Origin: an uncultured Muribaculaceae bacterium
Lineage (GTDB): Bacteria > Bacteroidota > Bacteroidia > Bacteroidales > Muribaculaceae
DNA: 64,000 nucleotides
Assembly (NCBI GenBank): GCA_910579035.1
Contig: CAJTSR010000003.1
Coordinates: forward strand, 72,239 to 136,238
Direction of reading: 5' to 3'
The translations under genes were made by a program, and so were the position numbers. The notes beneath the pieces were generated by a model. That model saw nothing but the letters and a program-made list of their open reading frames with translations, had not been told where the DNA came from and did not search any database. Numbering within the stretch: position 1 is the first letter of the stretch; every line of letters begins with the position of its first letter. Below are positions 37,893 through 47,353 of the stretch, piece after piece.

Positions 37893-38060
37893 ATGAAAAC
37901 ATCGGTTATAGTGCGTTTTGTCGTGCTTGGGCTGTTGTGGCTCGGTCTGGTTGGCTATTTGGTCACCCATGTGAAGATGACTCTCTATATCGCATTTGTG
38001 ATAGTGGCATCGGCCATTATAGTGTTTGTGCCGATGTATAAAAAATATATTCGCAAATGA
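37893..38060 (+). CDS. Small 2-TM membrane protein, hypothetical
   Basis: 55 aa MKTSVIVRF...MYKKYIRK; ATGA overlap with dxs; downstream of a promoter motif. Confidence 0.65.
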   Translation: MKTSVIVRFVVLGLLWLGLVGYLVTHVKMTLYIAFVIVASAIIVFVPMYKKYIRK

Positions 38061-39967
38061 TGGCGGAAGAAAGCAAGACTCTTCTTGAACAGATAGATTC
38101 TCCGGCGGATCTGCGTAAATTGCCTCTTGGCTCGCTGCCGCAGCTGTGCGGCGAGATACGCGAGTTCCTTATAAGGTCCTTGTCGGTCAATCCCGGTCAT
38201 TTCGCGTCAAGCATGGGCGCAGTGGAGCTTACGGTGGCTCTGCATTATGTGTTCAACACACCGTACGACCGCATTGTGTGGGACGTGGGGCATCAGGCTT
38301 ACGGCCACAAGCTGCTCACCGGGCGTCGCGATTCGTTTTCGACAAACAGGACGCTCGGAGGCCTGAGCGGCTTCCCCAATCCTGCGGAAAGCGATTATGA
38401 CACTTTCTCGGCGGGCCACGCCTCCAATTCCATATCGGCGGCGCTCGGTATGGCCGTGGCCTCGCGGCTTAAGGGCGAGTCGCCCCGGCGCAACGTGGTG
38501 GCCGTTGTCGGCGACGCCTCGATAAGCGGCGGCCTTGCCTTCGAGGGTATCAACAATGCCGCGAACACTCCGAACAATCTGCTGATAGTGTTGAACGACA
38601 ACGATATGAGCATCGACCGCAATGTCGGCGCCCTCAATTCGCAACTCGCGCATATCAACACTTCCAGAATATACAACGATGTGCGGTACAAGGCATTCAA
38701 GTGTCTGAAGAAGCTCCACCTTGTGAGCGACAGGCGTCGCGGCGCGCTGTTGCGTTTCAACAACAGCCTGAAGTCGCTGCTGTCGAAGCAGCAGAATATC
38801 TTCGAGGGGCTGAACATACGCTATTTCGGGCCCTTCGACGGCCACGACATAGGCACCATCGTGAAGGTGCTCAACGATATCCGGGATATGGAAGGGCCGC
38901 GCATACTGCACCTGCGCACCGTGAAGGGCAAGGGCTACGCGCCCGCCGAGGCCGACCCGGCTTCGTGGCATGCTCCGGGGCGTTTCGATGTCGCTACCGG
39001 CCATCGTGCCGAAAGCGACCCCAAGCCGGGCAAGCCGCTTAAATATCAGGACGTGTTTGGCAACACTTTGCTCGAACTGGCACGCAAGAACGACAGGATA
39101 GTGGCTATAACAGCCGCTATGCCGTCGGGTACGTCGATATCGACCATGCAGGCCGAGATGCCGGGGCGTGTGTTCGATGTCGGTATTTCGGAAGGACATG
39201 CCGTCACTTTTGCCGGAGGCCTTGCCAAGGACGGCATGCGTCCGTTCGTGGGCATATATTCGAGCTTCCTGCAGCGCGGTTACGACCATATAATACACGA
39301 TGTGGCTCTTCAGCACCTGCCGGTGACATTCTGTGTTGACCGTGCAGGACTCGTCGGCGAGGACGGTGCCACGCACCACGGCGCATACGATATAGCGTAT
39401 CTGCGCACGGTGCCCGGTATGATAGTCGCCTCCGGGCGCGACGAGCATTCGCTCCGCAACCTGCTGTTCACTGCTCAGGCAGCCGACCACGGGCCTTTCG
39501 CCATACGCTATCCGCGCGGAGGCGGTTCGCTGGCCGACTGGCGCAATGATATGCGCGAGCTGCCGATAGGCAAAGGCGAGTGTCTTTCCCGAGGGCGCGA
39601 TGTGGCGGTGCTGACCATAGGCCCTGTTGCCGCAGAGGCTGCCGCCGCTATAGAGAAAGCTAAAGGGCAGGGTATGTCCGTGGCGCATTATGACATGATA
39701 TTCGCCAAGCCTCTCGACGAAGAAATAATATCGGAGGTCGCGGCCTTGGGCTGCCCGGTTATTACCGTTGAGGACGGAACTGTCGACGGCGGCATGGGCA
39801 GTGCCGTTGCCGACCGTCTTGCCGAGATGGGGCATACAGCCACGGTACACCGCATGGGCATTCCCGACCGTTTTATACCGCAAGGCACGCCGGCACAGCT
39901 AAGGGCAATGTGCGGCTTCGACAGCGAGTCGATATATAAGAAAATAGTAGAGTTGGCACGCCGATGA
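38057..39967 (+). CDS. dxs: 1-deoxy-D-xylulose-5-phosphate synthase
   Basis: WDVGHQAY, GDASISGG, NDNDMSI, DRAGLVGEDGATH. Confidence 0.97.
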   Translation: MMAEESKTLLEQIDSPADLRKLPLGSLPQLCGEIREFLIRSLSVNPGHFASSMGAVELTVALHYVFNTPYDRIVWDVGHQAYGHKLLTGRRDSFSTNRTLGGLSGFPNPAESDYDTFSAGHASNSISAALGMAVASRLKGESPRRNVVAVVGDASISGGLAFEGINNAANTPNNLLIVLNDNDMSIDRNVGALNSQLAHINTSRIYNDVRYKAFKCLKKLHLVSDRRRGALLRFNNSLKSLLSKQQNIFEGLNIRYFGPFDGHDIGTIVKVLNDIRDMEGPRILHLRTVKGKGYAPAEADPASWHAPGRFDVATGHRAESDPKPGKPLKYQDVFGNTLLELARKNDRIVAITAAMPSGTSISTMQAEMPGRVFDVGISEGHAVTFAGGLAKDGMRPFVGIYSSFLQRGYDHIIHDVALQHLPVTFCVDRAGLVGEDGATHHGAYDIAYLRTVPGMIVASGRDEHSLRNLLFTAQAADHGPFAIRYPRGGGSLADWRNDMRELPIGKGECLSRGRDVAVLTIGPVAAEAAAAIEKAKGQGMSVAHYDMIFAKPLDEEIISEVAALGCPVITVEDGTVDGGMGSAVADRLAEMGHTATVHRMGIPDRFIPQGTPAQLRAMCGFDSESIYKKIVELARR

Positions 39968-41298
39968 AGATTGTTATAGCCGGGGCCGGTGAGGTAGGCT
40001 CGCATCTGGCCAAGCTGCTGTCGGCAGAGGAGCAGGATATAATGCTGATCGACAGCAATGCCGAGCGTCTGGCAACTCTTGATGCCAATTATAATCTGAT
40101 GACGGTGGAGGGCAACCCGACGTCTTTCGCCACTTTGCGCGAGGCGCGGGTAGGCTCCTGCGACCTCTTTATCGCCGTCACACCCTATGAGTCGAACAAT
40201 ATAGTGGCATGCTCCATAGCAAAGAATCTTGGAGCGCAGACCACTGTGGCGCGTATCGACTCGTATGACTTTATGAACCCGGCCAATGCCGACCATGTGC
40301 GTCATATGGGAGTGGACCGCGTGATTTATCCCGAACAGGTAGCTGCCGAAGAAATAATAACGGCTCTCAGGCGCTCGTGGATACGGAATTGGTTTGAGCT
40401 TCATAACGGGCAGATAATACTTGCCGGAGTTAAGTTACGGCAGGGGGCGCCCATCGTGGGTATGAAGCTCAAGGATTTCGCTTTTACGAACCGCCATTTC
40501 CACGTGTCGGCCATCAAGCGTAACCACGAAACTATCATACCTCGAGGCGACGACCTGCTCAACGACGGCGACATTCTGTATTTTACCACCACGCGCGACC
40601 ATATCAACGACCTGCTGACGCTCACGGGCAAGACCGAGCATAAAATCAAGCGTGTGCTGATAATGGGCGGCTCCAAGATTGCTGTGCGTCTGGTGAACCT
40701 CGGGCGCGAGCAGTTCAAATTCAAGATTGTGGAAAGCAATCTCGAAATATGTCGCAAGCTTCCGCAGAAATGCCCCGATTGCGAGATTATCCACGGCGAC
40801 GCACGTGACACCGATCTCCTTGCCGATATCGGTGCTTCCGATATGGACGCTTTCGTGGCTCTTACCGACAGCTCCGAAACGAATATATTCACCTGTTTGA
40901 CGGCTAAGGATATAGGTATACGCAAGACAGTAGCCGATGTCGAGAACATACAGTTCATATCGCAGGCCGAGAATCTCAACATAGGTACTGTGGTGAATAA
41001 AAAGCTGTTGGCTTCGAGTACAATATTCCAGTTGCTTCTCGATGCCGACTCCTCCACATCGAAGTGCCTTGCACTTGCCGATGCCGAGGTTGCCGAACTC
41101 GAGGTGCGTCCGGGCTCCAAGATTACGCGGGCGCCGGTGAAAGACCTCAAGCTTGCCCGCGAGATGACTCTCGCAGGACTTATACGCAACGGCGAAGGCA
41201 TGCTTATCAACGGTAACACGCTTATAGAGCCGGGCGACCACGTGCTGGTGTTCTGTCTGGCCGGAGCGCTCCACAAAGTAGAAAAACTCTTTAGCTGA
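39964..41298 (+). CDS. trkA: Trk potassium transport regulatory subunit
   Basis: Two RCK-N domains (GAGEVG, MGGSKI); adjacent to trkH. Confidence 0.95.
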   Translation: MKIVIAGAGEVGSHLAKLLSAEEQDIMLIDSNAERLATLDANYNLMTVEGNPTSFATLREARVGSCDLFIAVTPYESNNIVACSIAKNLGAQTTVARIDSYDFMNPANADHVRHMGVDRVIYPEQVAAEEIITALRRSWIRNWFELHNGQIILAGVKLRQGAPIVGMKLKDFAFTNRHFHVSAIKRNHETIIPRGDDLLNDGDILYFTTTRDHINDLLTLTGKTEHKIKRVLIMGGSKIAVRLVNLGREQFKFKIVESNLEICRKLPQKCPDCEIIHGDARDTDLLADIGASDMDAFVALTDSSETNIFTCLTAKDIGIRKTVADVENIQFISQAENLNIGTVVNKKLLASSTIFQLLLDADSSTSKCLALADAEVAELEVRPGSKITRAPVKDLKLAREMTLAGLIRNGEGMLINGNTLIEPGDHVLVFCLAGALHKVEKLFS

Positions 41299-42779
41299 TG
41301 CTTAATATAATTCGCCGACACCGTGTCAACTTACGTATGCTCTGCCGCATAGCCGGCTGGCTGCTGCTGATAGAAGGCTTCTTTATGGTGTTTCCGGCCC
41401 TTACATCGCTTGGCTATGGCGAAAGCGACAGTGTGGTGTTCGGTGTCACGGCTTTTGCCACGGCATTGGTCGGCCTTCTTCTGGCCCGCTTCAGCAAGCC
41501 GCAAAGCTCGCATATGGGCAAGCGCGACGGCTACCTGCTTACAGCCATGGTGTGGGTGGTATTCTCCTTGTTCGGCATGGTGCCGTTTTTGTTCTGCTCG
41601 CGTCCGATAGGCATAACCGACTCTTTTTTCGAGGCTATGTCTGGCTTCACCACCACGGGTGCCTCGGTGCTCGAGTCGGTCGACGGCATGAGCCACGGCA
41701 TACATCTGTGGCGTGCCATGATGCAGTGGATAGGGGGTATGGGTATCATACTGTTCACTCTTGCGGTGATACCGATGCTCAATCACTCTGGCGGCATGCA
41801 GATGTTCAACGCCGAGGTAACGGGTATAACGCACGATAAGATACAGCCGCGAATTAGCCAGACGGCCAAGAGCTTGTGGCTGATATACTTCGGGCTTACC
41901 GTGATTCTCGTGTTGTTGCTATGGGCCGGGCCAATGAGCCTTTTCGACAGTGTGTGTCAGGCTTTCGGAGCAGTGTCGACAGGAGGGTATACCTCGCACT
42001 CTCTCGGCATAGGGGCGTGGAGCGATTCGGTGTACATAAAGGTGGTGCTGATTATATTTATGTTTCTTGGAGGCGTCAACTTCGGGCTTATATACAAGTG
42101 TCTTCGCGGCAACTGGCGCTCGTTGCGCTACAACGACGTGTTCCGCACCTATGTGGGCTTGATATTGATAATGCTCGTTTTGTTTTCAGCCACCATTATC
42201 GCCCGCGGCCAGGCGCGCACGTGGGTTGACTGCACCATAGACCCCTTGTTCCAGATAGTGTCGACAATAACATCGACAGGCTTCACCACTACAAACTATG
42301 AGGCGTGGGGGCCTTTTGTGCTGTCGCTTACATTCGTTATGATGTTTTTCGGGGCGTGTGCCGGCTCTACGAGCGGCGGCGCGAAGATCGACCGTATACT
42401 TTATCTTTTCAAAAACGCACACAACGAGCTGCACCGTTGCCTCTATCCCAATTCGATACTGTCTGTCAAAATCAACGACAGGGTTGTCAATCCCGACCTT
42501 GTGAGCAAGGTTATAGCCTTTCTCTGCATATATATGCTGCTGATAGTGGGCGGCGGCCTTGCGTTGACGGCGTGCGGCGTGCCTTTGGTCGATTCCTTCT
42601 TTTCGTCTTTTTCCTGCCTGTCGAACACCGGCTTGGGAGCGGGTGTTACCGGATATGGCAATTCATACGACATTCTGCCCGATGGCGCCAAATGGATATT
42701 GTCGTTCCAGATGCTGATTGGGCGTCTGGAGATTTTCACAGTCCTGGTGCTGTTCACACCCGCATTCTGGAGGCGTTGA
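41298..42779 (+). CDS. trkH: Trk potassium transport membrane protein
   Basis: FEAMSGFTTTG, QWIGGMG, GSTSGGAK, GRLE. Confidence 0.95.
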   Translation: MLNIIRRHRVNLRMLCRIAGWLLLIEGFFMVFPALTSLGYGESDSVVFGVTAFATALVGLLLARFSKPQSSHMGKRDGYLLTAMVWVVFSLFGMVPFLFCSRPIGITDSFFEAMSGFTTTGASVLESVDGMSHGIHLWRAMMQWIGGMGIILFTLAVIPMLNHSGGMQMFNAEVTGITHDKIQPRISQTAKSLWLIYFGLTVILVLLLWAGPMSLFDSVCQAFGAVSTGGYTSHSLGIGAWSDSVYIKVVLIIFMFLGGVNFGLIYKCLRGNWRSLRYNDVFRTYVGLILIMLVLFSATIIARGQARTWVDCTIDPLFQIVSTITSTGFTTTNYEAWGPFVLSLTFVMMFFGACAGSTSGGAKIDRILYLFKNAHNELHRCLYPNSILSVKINDRVVNPDLVSKVIAFLCIYMLLIVGGGLALTACGVPLVDSFFSSFSCLSNTGLGAGVTGYGNSYDILPDGAKWILSFQMLIGRLEIFTVLVLFTPAFWRR

Positions 42780-42782
42780 CAC

Positions 42783-43154
42783 ATGGCTAAGCACAACGAT
42801 ACCGGCCGATGGGGCGAAGACCTTGCCTGCGACATGCTTGTGGCAGACGGCTGGGCGATAGTGGAGCGCAACTGGCGTATGAACCATCTGGAGGTGGATA
42901 TAATCGCGATGAAAGGCGATGTGCTTGCTTTTGTCGAGGTAAAGACGCGAGCGAATATGGACGAGGATCCGCTCGAAGCCATCGACCGCCGTAAGATAAC
43001 GAACATGGTGCGGGCCGCAGATTGCTATATCAGGACGCACGATATGCCGCATCAGGCTCGTTTCGACCTCTTCGCTATTCGCGGTACCCATGCCTGCTAC
43101 GAAATAGAACATATCCCCGACGCCTTCGAGCCACCCCTTAAAACCTATAGGTAA
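42783..43154 (+). CDS. YraN family protein
   Basis: GEDLA, ERNWR, EVDIIA, FVEVKTR, RFD. Confidence 0.92.
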   Translation: MAKHNDTGRWGEDLACDMLVADGWAIVERNWRMNHLEVDIIAMKGDVLAFVEVKTRANMDEDPLEAIDRRKITNMVRAADCYIRTHDMPHQARFDLFAIRGTHACYEIEHIPDAFEPPLKTYR

Positions 43155-43169
43155 CGCGGCTCAGAACTT

Positions 43170-43206
43170 GCCAACTGCCACAATGAAAAACGGCCAACTG
43201 CCACAA
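43170..43206 (+). repeat. 14-bp direct repeat pair GCCAACTGCCACAA, 23-bp period
   Basis: Copies at 43170..43183 and 43193..43206. Confidence 0.8.
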
Positions 43207-43250
43207 CGGATTTTGCATTTTATTTGAATAATTAATTAATACTGAGATAT

Positions 43251-45047
43251 ATGGATAATGTGTATGTTGCGCGTTTGGACGCGCTGAGAAATGTGATGAG
43301 GGAGGCGGGGATTGCCGCTGTGGTGGTGCCGCAGGCCGATCCGCACTTGGGTGAATATCTGGCGGCACACTGGCAGGTTCGCCGTTGGCTGTCGGGCTTT
43401 ACAGGCTCGGCGGGCGACCTTGTTGTGACGCTCGACCGTGCCCTGCTGTGGACTGATTCGAGATATTTCATTCAGGCGGCCGCGCAGCTCGACGGCTCGG
43501 GCATAGAGCTGATGAAGGACGGTCTTGCTGAAACGCCGTCGATAGCGGCATTCCTGTGTTCCGCCCTGCCGGCAGGTTCGCGTGTCGGTGTTGACGGAAT
43601 GCTGTTCAGCGCTCCTGCGTTGGAGGCTCTTGCGTCGCGCCTCGAATCGGCCGGTATCGATCTCGATTGCCATTTCGACCCGGTTGGCCGCCTTTGGAGC
43701 GACCGTCCGGCGCTTCCCGACGGCAAGATATTTGTCCACGACAGTAAATATGCCGGACAGAGCGCCCGCCGGAAGATCGAAGATGTTCTCGGCGCCGTTA
43801 AAGGCGAAGGTGCTGCGGCCGTTTTCGTGTCGGCTCTCGACGAGATAGCGTGGATTCTGAACATACGTTGCAATGATGTTCGCCACACGCCTGTTGCCAC
43901 CTCCTATCTGTATCTGTCGGAGGCCGACAAAGTGCTGTTTATCGCCGAAGCCAAGCTTACCGACGAAACCCGCGCTTACCTTGCATCGGAAGGCGTGCGG
44001 ACGCAGGATTACGGCGCAGTGACCGCGTTTCTGGCAGCGCTCCCCGAAAGTGTGCGCGTGCTTGTCGATCCGGCTCGCACATCGGGCGCGGTGATGGATA
44101 TTCTTGGCAGCCGGGCTGTGGCCACGGCTGTGTCGCCGGCGGCTGTGATGAAGTCGGTGAAGAACGATGTACAGATTGCCGGAGTGCGCGACGCCATGGT
44201 GCGCGACGGTGTGGCCTTGGTAAAGGCTTTTATGGAGATAGAACGCCGTATGGCAGATGGAGAGGCTACCACGGAGCTTGACGTGGCCGCCTTGCTCCAC
44301 GAATATCGTTCGCAGGGAGATTTGTATTTCGACGAGAGCTTCGGCACCATCGCCGGATATGCCGACCATGGCGCCATTGTGCACTACGAGGCCGACGCGG
44401 CATCGAACGCGCAGCTGCAGCCCCGTGGACTGCTGCTTGTCGACTCCGGCGCGCAGTATCTCGACGGCACTACCGATATAACGCGCACAATAGCGTTAGG
44501 CGAGCCTACCGCAGAGGAAAAACGCGACTTCACCTTGGTTATGAAAGGGCATATAGCGCTTGCAAACACAGTGTTCCCCGCCGGTACGCGAGGGGCGCAG
44601 CTCGATGCCATTGCCCGCCAGTTCCTTTGGAAGAACGGGCTGAGCTACCTCCATGGAACAGGCCACGGCGTGGGTCATTTCCTCAGCGTTCACGAAGGCC
44701 CCCACAGCATACGCCTCAACAATGTGGAAGCACCACTGCTTCCGGGCAGCATCACGTCGAACGAGCCGGGTCTTTACCGCGAGGGAGTGCACGGCATACG
44801 CTGCGAAAACCTTGTGCTATGCCGCGAGCTTATGGAAACAGAGTTCGGCACATTCCTTGGCTTTGAAACACTTACGCTCTTCCCCTTCGACCGCTCGCTC
44901 TTCGATACGTCGATTATGACAGAAGAAGAAGTGGCCTGGGTCGACAACTACCACGCCCTTGTGCGCGAGCGTCTGTGGCCGGCTCTTGAGAATGCCGCCC
45001 AGCGAGCATGGCTCGATGTTCACACAGCCTCGCTTGCCACCATCTAA
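43251..45047 (+). CDS. Aminopeptidase P (M24B)
   Basis: SGFTGSAG, DSGAQYLDGTTDITRT, HGTGHGVG, HEGP, NEPG. Confidence 0.95.
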   Translation: MDNVYVARLDALRNVMREAGIAAVVVPQADPHLGEYLAAHWQVRRWLSGFTGSAGDLVVTLDRALLWTDSRYFIQAAAQLDGSGIELMKDGLAETPSIAAFLCSALPAGSRVGVDGMLFSAPALEALASRLESAGIDLDCHFDPVGRLWSDRPALPDGKIFVHDSKYAGQSARRKIEDVLGAVKGEGAAAVFVSALDEIAWILNIRCNDVRHTPVATSYLYLSEADKVLFIAEAKLTDETRAYLASEGVRTQDYGAVTAFLAALPESVRVLVDPARTSGAVMDILGSRAVATAVSPAAVMKSVKNDVQIAGVRDAMVRDGVALVKAFMEIERRMADGEATTELDVAALLHEYRSQGDLYFDESFGTIAGYADHGAIVHYEADAASNAQLQPRGLLLVDSGAQYLDGTTDITRTIALGEPTAEEKRDFTLVMKGHIALANTVFPAGTRGAQLDAIARQFLWKNGLSYLHGTGHGVGHFLSVHEGPHSIRLNNVEAPLLPGSITSNEPGLYREGVHGIRCENLVLCRELMETEFGTFLGFETLTLFPFDRSLFDTSIMTEEEVAWVDNYHALVRERLWPALENAAQRAWLDVHTASLATI

Positions 45048-45071
45048 TTCCTCATTCCTAATTAAAATAGA

Positions 45072-45608
45072 ATGGCTTTGATAATACCTCTGCGCGGATA
45101 CACTCCAGTGATAGGCCGCGATTGTTTCCTCGCTGAAAACGCATCTGTCATAGGCGATGTGACTATGGGCGACGAATGCAGCATTTGGTTCAACACCGTG
45201 CTTCGTGGCGACGTCAATACCATAACGATAGGCAACAGGGTGAACATACAGGACGGTTCCGTGCTTCACACCCTCTATCAGAAATCGACAATAGATATAG
45301 GCGATGATGTGTCGATAGGGCATAACGTGACTATCCACGGGGCCAAGATTCGCAACTTTGCGCTTATCGGTATGGGCTCTGTGGTGATGGACGACGCCGA
45401 AGTGGGAGAGGGTGCCATCGTGGCTGCCGGAGCCGTGGTGCTGTCGCGTACCAAGATAGGCCCCAACGAACTGTGGGGCGGCGCTCCCGCCAAGTTCATA
45501 AAGATGGTCGATCCGGAGCAGGCTCGTGAAATGAACATCAAGATAGCCCGAAACTACCTGATGTACTCCAAGTGGTACACCGACCCTGACGGCGACGTGC
45601 TGCCCTGA
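45072..45608 (+). CDS. Gamma carbonic anhydrase family protein
   Basis: Hexapeptide repeats; LRGDVN, NIQDG, IGHNVTIHG. Confidence 0.92.
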   Translation: MALIIPLRGYTPVIGRDCFLAENASVIGDVTMGDECSIWFNTVLRGDVNTITIGNRVNIQDGSVLHTLYQKSTIDIGDDVSIGHNVTIHGAKIRNFALIGMGSVVMDDAEVGEGAIVAAGAVVLSRTKIGPNELWGGAPAKFIKMVDPEQAREMNIKIARNYLMYSKWYTDPDGDVLP

Positions 45609-45628
45609 TAACTGTTCAAATATACGTA

Positions 45629-45663
45629 TGCGCCGCGTTTCCTTTCAAAGGGGACGCGGCGCG
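45629..45663. terminator. Hairpin between convergent genes
   Basis: GCGCCGCGTTTCCTTT / AAAGGGGACGCGGCGC. Confidence 0.65.
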
Positions 45664-45666
45664 TTG

Positions 45667-46614
45667 TTAGAAGGTGACGTTGAATTTTCGCAGCATTGTT
45701 GCGGGGTGGTACGATTGCTTGGCTTTGCGCAGACCGGGGTCGCCTGCATCGTCCTCCCGGTTGATGTACTTCAAATCGGGGTAGCGCATCAGCATTTCGG
45801 CGGCGAACAGCTTGTTGATGCTTTCGCCCGCGCCGGATACGTCGTGGTTCATCTTCTCGATATGCACTATGAGTGTGTCGCCTATGATTTCAGCAACCGT
45901 GAATGCCACAACCTTGCCGCCGTTTCCGCGCAGCACCGCGCCTTCAAAGGGATAGAGGGAGTAGTGGCGCAAGATGTTGGCACATTGTTTGCGTTCGTAC
46001 TCGGCCATCAGGCTGTATGAGCCGCTGTCCATACCGGCAAAAAATTCGCGGGCGTCGTCCAGCGCTTTTCCTTTCAGCGGCTCGAGCACCCATTCAGGGT
46101 TGTCGGTCATGAAGCGGTTTACGTGGTTTCGCTTCTTGTTGTAAGCCTTTCCGCTGAGCGTTGCCAAGTCTTCGGCCCGGTATATGTAGTCGGCCCAGTC
46201 GGCAAGTTCTGTCACTTCCGTGGCACCGAGCGGGCTGATCTTTTCGAGGACTTCTTCGGTGATTGCTGAAAAGAGAATGCCGATTCCTTTCTTGCGGCAG
46301 TACGCTTTTATTGCGTTTACGGAGTCGGCAAGGTTGTGTGGGCCTACGGGCAGAGCGAAGAAAGGATTTCGGCTGCCGTCTGCCGAAATACCTTTGATAA
46401 ACAGAGTGTCGCGTGCCACACAGTATTCATAGCCGAAATAGTCGGCCCACATATATATGCCGCCCAGCGAGAAATCGCATGAGCGGCTTTTATATAGTTG
46501 CAGGAATCTGTTTATTACGGGAATTGCGTCAGCGTCTACCGGTCGGAAACGAAGCGGGCAGTACGATGATGAAGGGGAGGGTATGGAGGACAGGCATCTG
46601 CTGTAACTTGGCAT
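45667..46614 (-). CDS. DUF2156 (aminoacyl-transferase-like, MprF C-terminal related) protein
   Basis: DYIYRAEDLATLSGK, KKRNHVNRF, HIEK, YINREDDAGDPGLRKAKQSYHP. Start uncertain. Confidence 0.85.
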   Translation of the reverse strand: MPSYSRCLSSIPSPSSSYCPLRFRPVDADAIPVINRFLQLYKSRSCDFSLGGIYMWADYFGYEYCVARDTLFIKGISADGSRNPFFALPVGPHNLADSVNAIKAYCRKKGIGILFSAITEEVLEKISPLGATEVTELADWADYIYRAEDLATLSGKAYNKKRNHVNRFMTDNPEWVLEPLKGKALDDAREFFAGMDSGSYSLMAEYERKQCANILRHYSLYPFEGAVLRGNGGKVVAFTVAEIIGDTLIVHIEKMNHDVSGAGESINKLFAAEMLMRYPDLKYINREDDAGDPGLRKAKQSYHPATMLRKFNVTF

Positions 46615-46672
46615 ATTGTTTATATTGAAAAATTGGATACATATTTCCAATATAAACACCCGGGCCGAGTCC

Positions 46673-47353
46673 TTAGTTTGTTGCAGCTTTGAGCTTGAAG
46701 CCCATGTATATGCCGTCGTAGGAGTTGATGAGTGTTGTCAGTGCGTTGAGCGAGGAGTTGTTGAGGGCGCCTGCCACCTTGGTGATAATCTGAATCAGGC
46801 GGGTGGCGTCGAAAGTAAGGTTGAGGGTGCTTCCGGCCTTGGTCGCGTGCGCGTTGACCTTGCCGAGGCTTATCTTGCCGAATGCTGCGAAAGAGAACAC
46901 GAGGTCGCCGTTGTCGTTCTTCTCTATTGTGCCTTTAAGCGTTGCCACGCCCAGTTTCATCGTGAAATTATGCTGGGCGTCTACTGTCAGAGTGGTCTTG
47001 TGGAGTCCGATTTTCTGATAGTATGGCGCGAGCTTGTTTTCAACAGCTGTCGCGGTTCCGGCTCCCCCTATCTTTTTAAGTGCGTTGTCGCTTTGGAACG
47101 ATACAGCCGGAGATGTGTAGCTCCATGTACCCACGAGGTCGTCGACGCTGAACTTATTGTTTGCCACGGCATTGCCGATAAGGCTGCCGAGAGCGCCGAG
47201 TGCTCCCGAGCCGGACGACGAGCCGCCGGTAGTGGTGGTGTCGTTGCCGCCCAGACCTTTGAGGCCGTTGAGCAGATCCTTGGGGTCGAATGCCGAGGCC
47301 GGCTGTGCCACGGCTATTGCTGCTGCCGCGAGAGCTATCTTTATTATTCTCAT
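46673..47353 (-). CDS. DUF4923 family secreted protein
   Basis: Signal peptide; G/S-rich linker; LVGTWSYTSPAVSF. Confidence 0.78.
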   Translation of the reverse strand: MRIIKIALAAAAIAVAQPASAFDPKDLLNGLKGLGGNDTTTTGGSSSGSGALGALGSLIGNAVANNKFSVDDLVGTWSYTSPAVSFQSDNALKKIGGAGTATAVENKLAPYYQKIGLHKTTLTVDAQHNFTMKLGVATLKGTIEKNDNGDLVFSFAAFGKISLGKVNAHATKAGSTLNLTFDATRLIQIITKVAGALNNSSLNALTTLINSYDGIYMGFKLKAATN

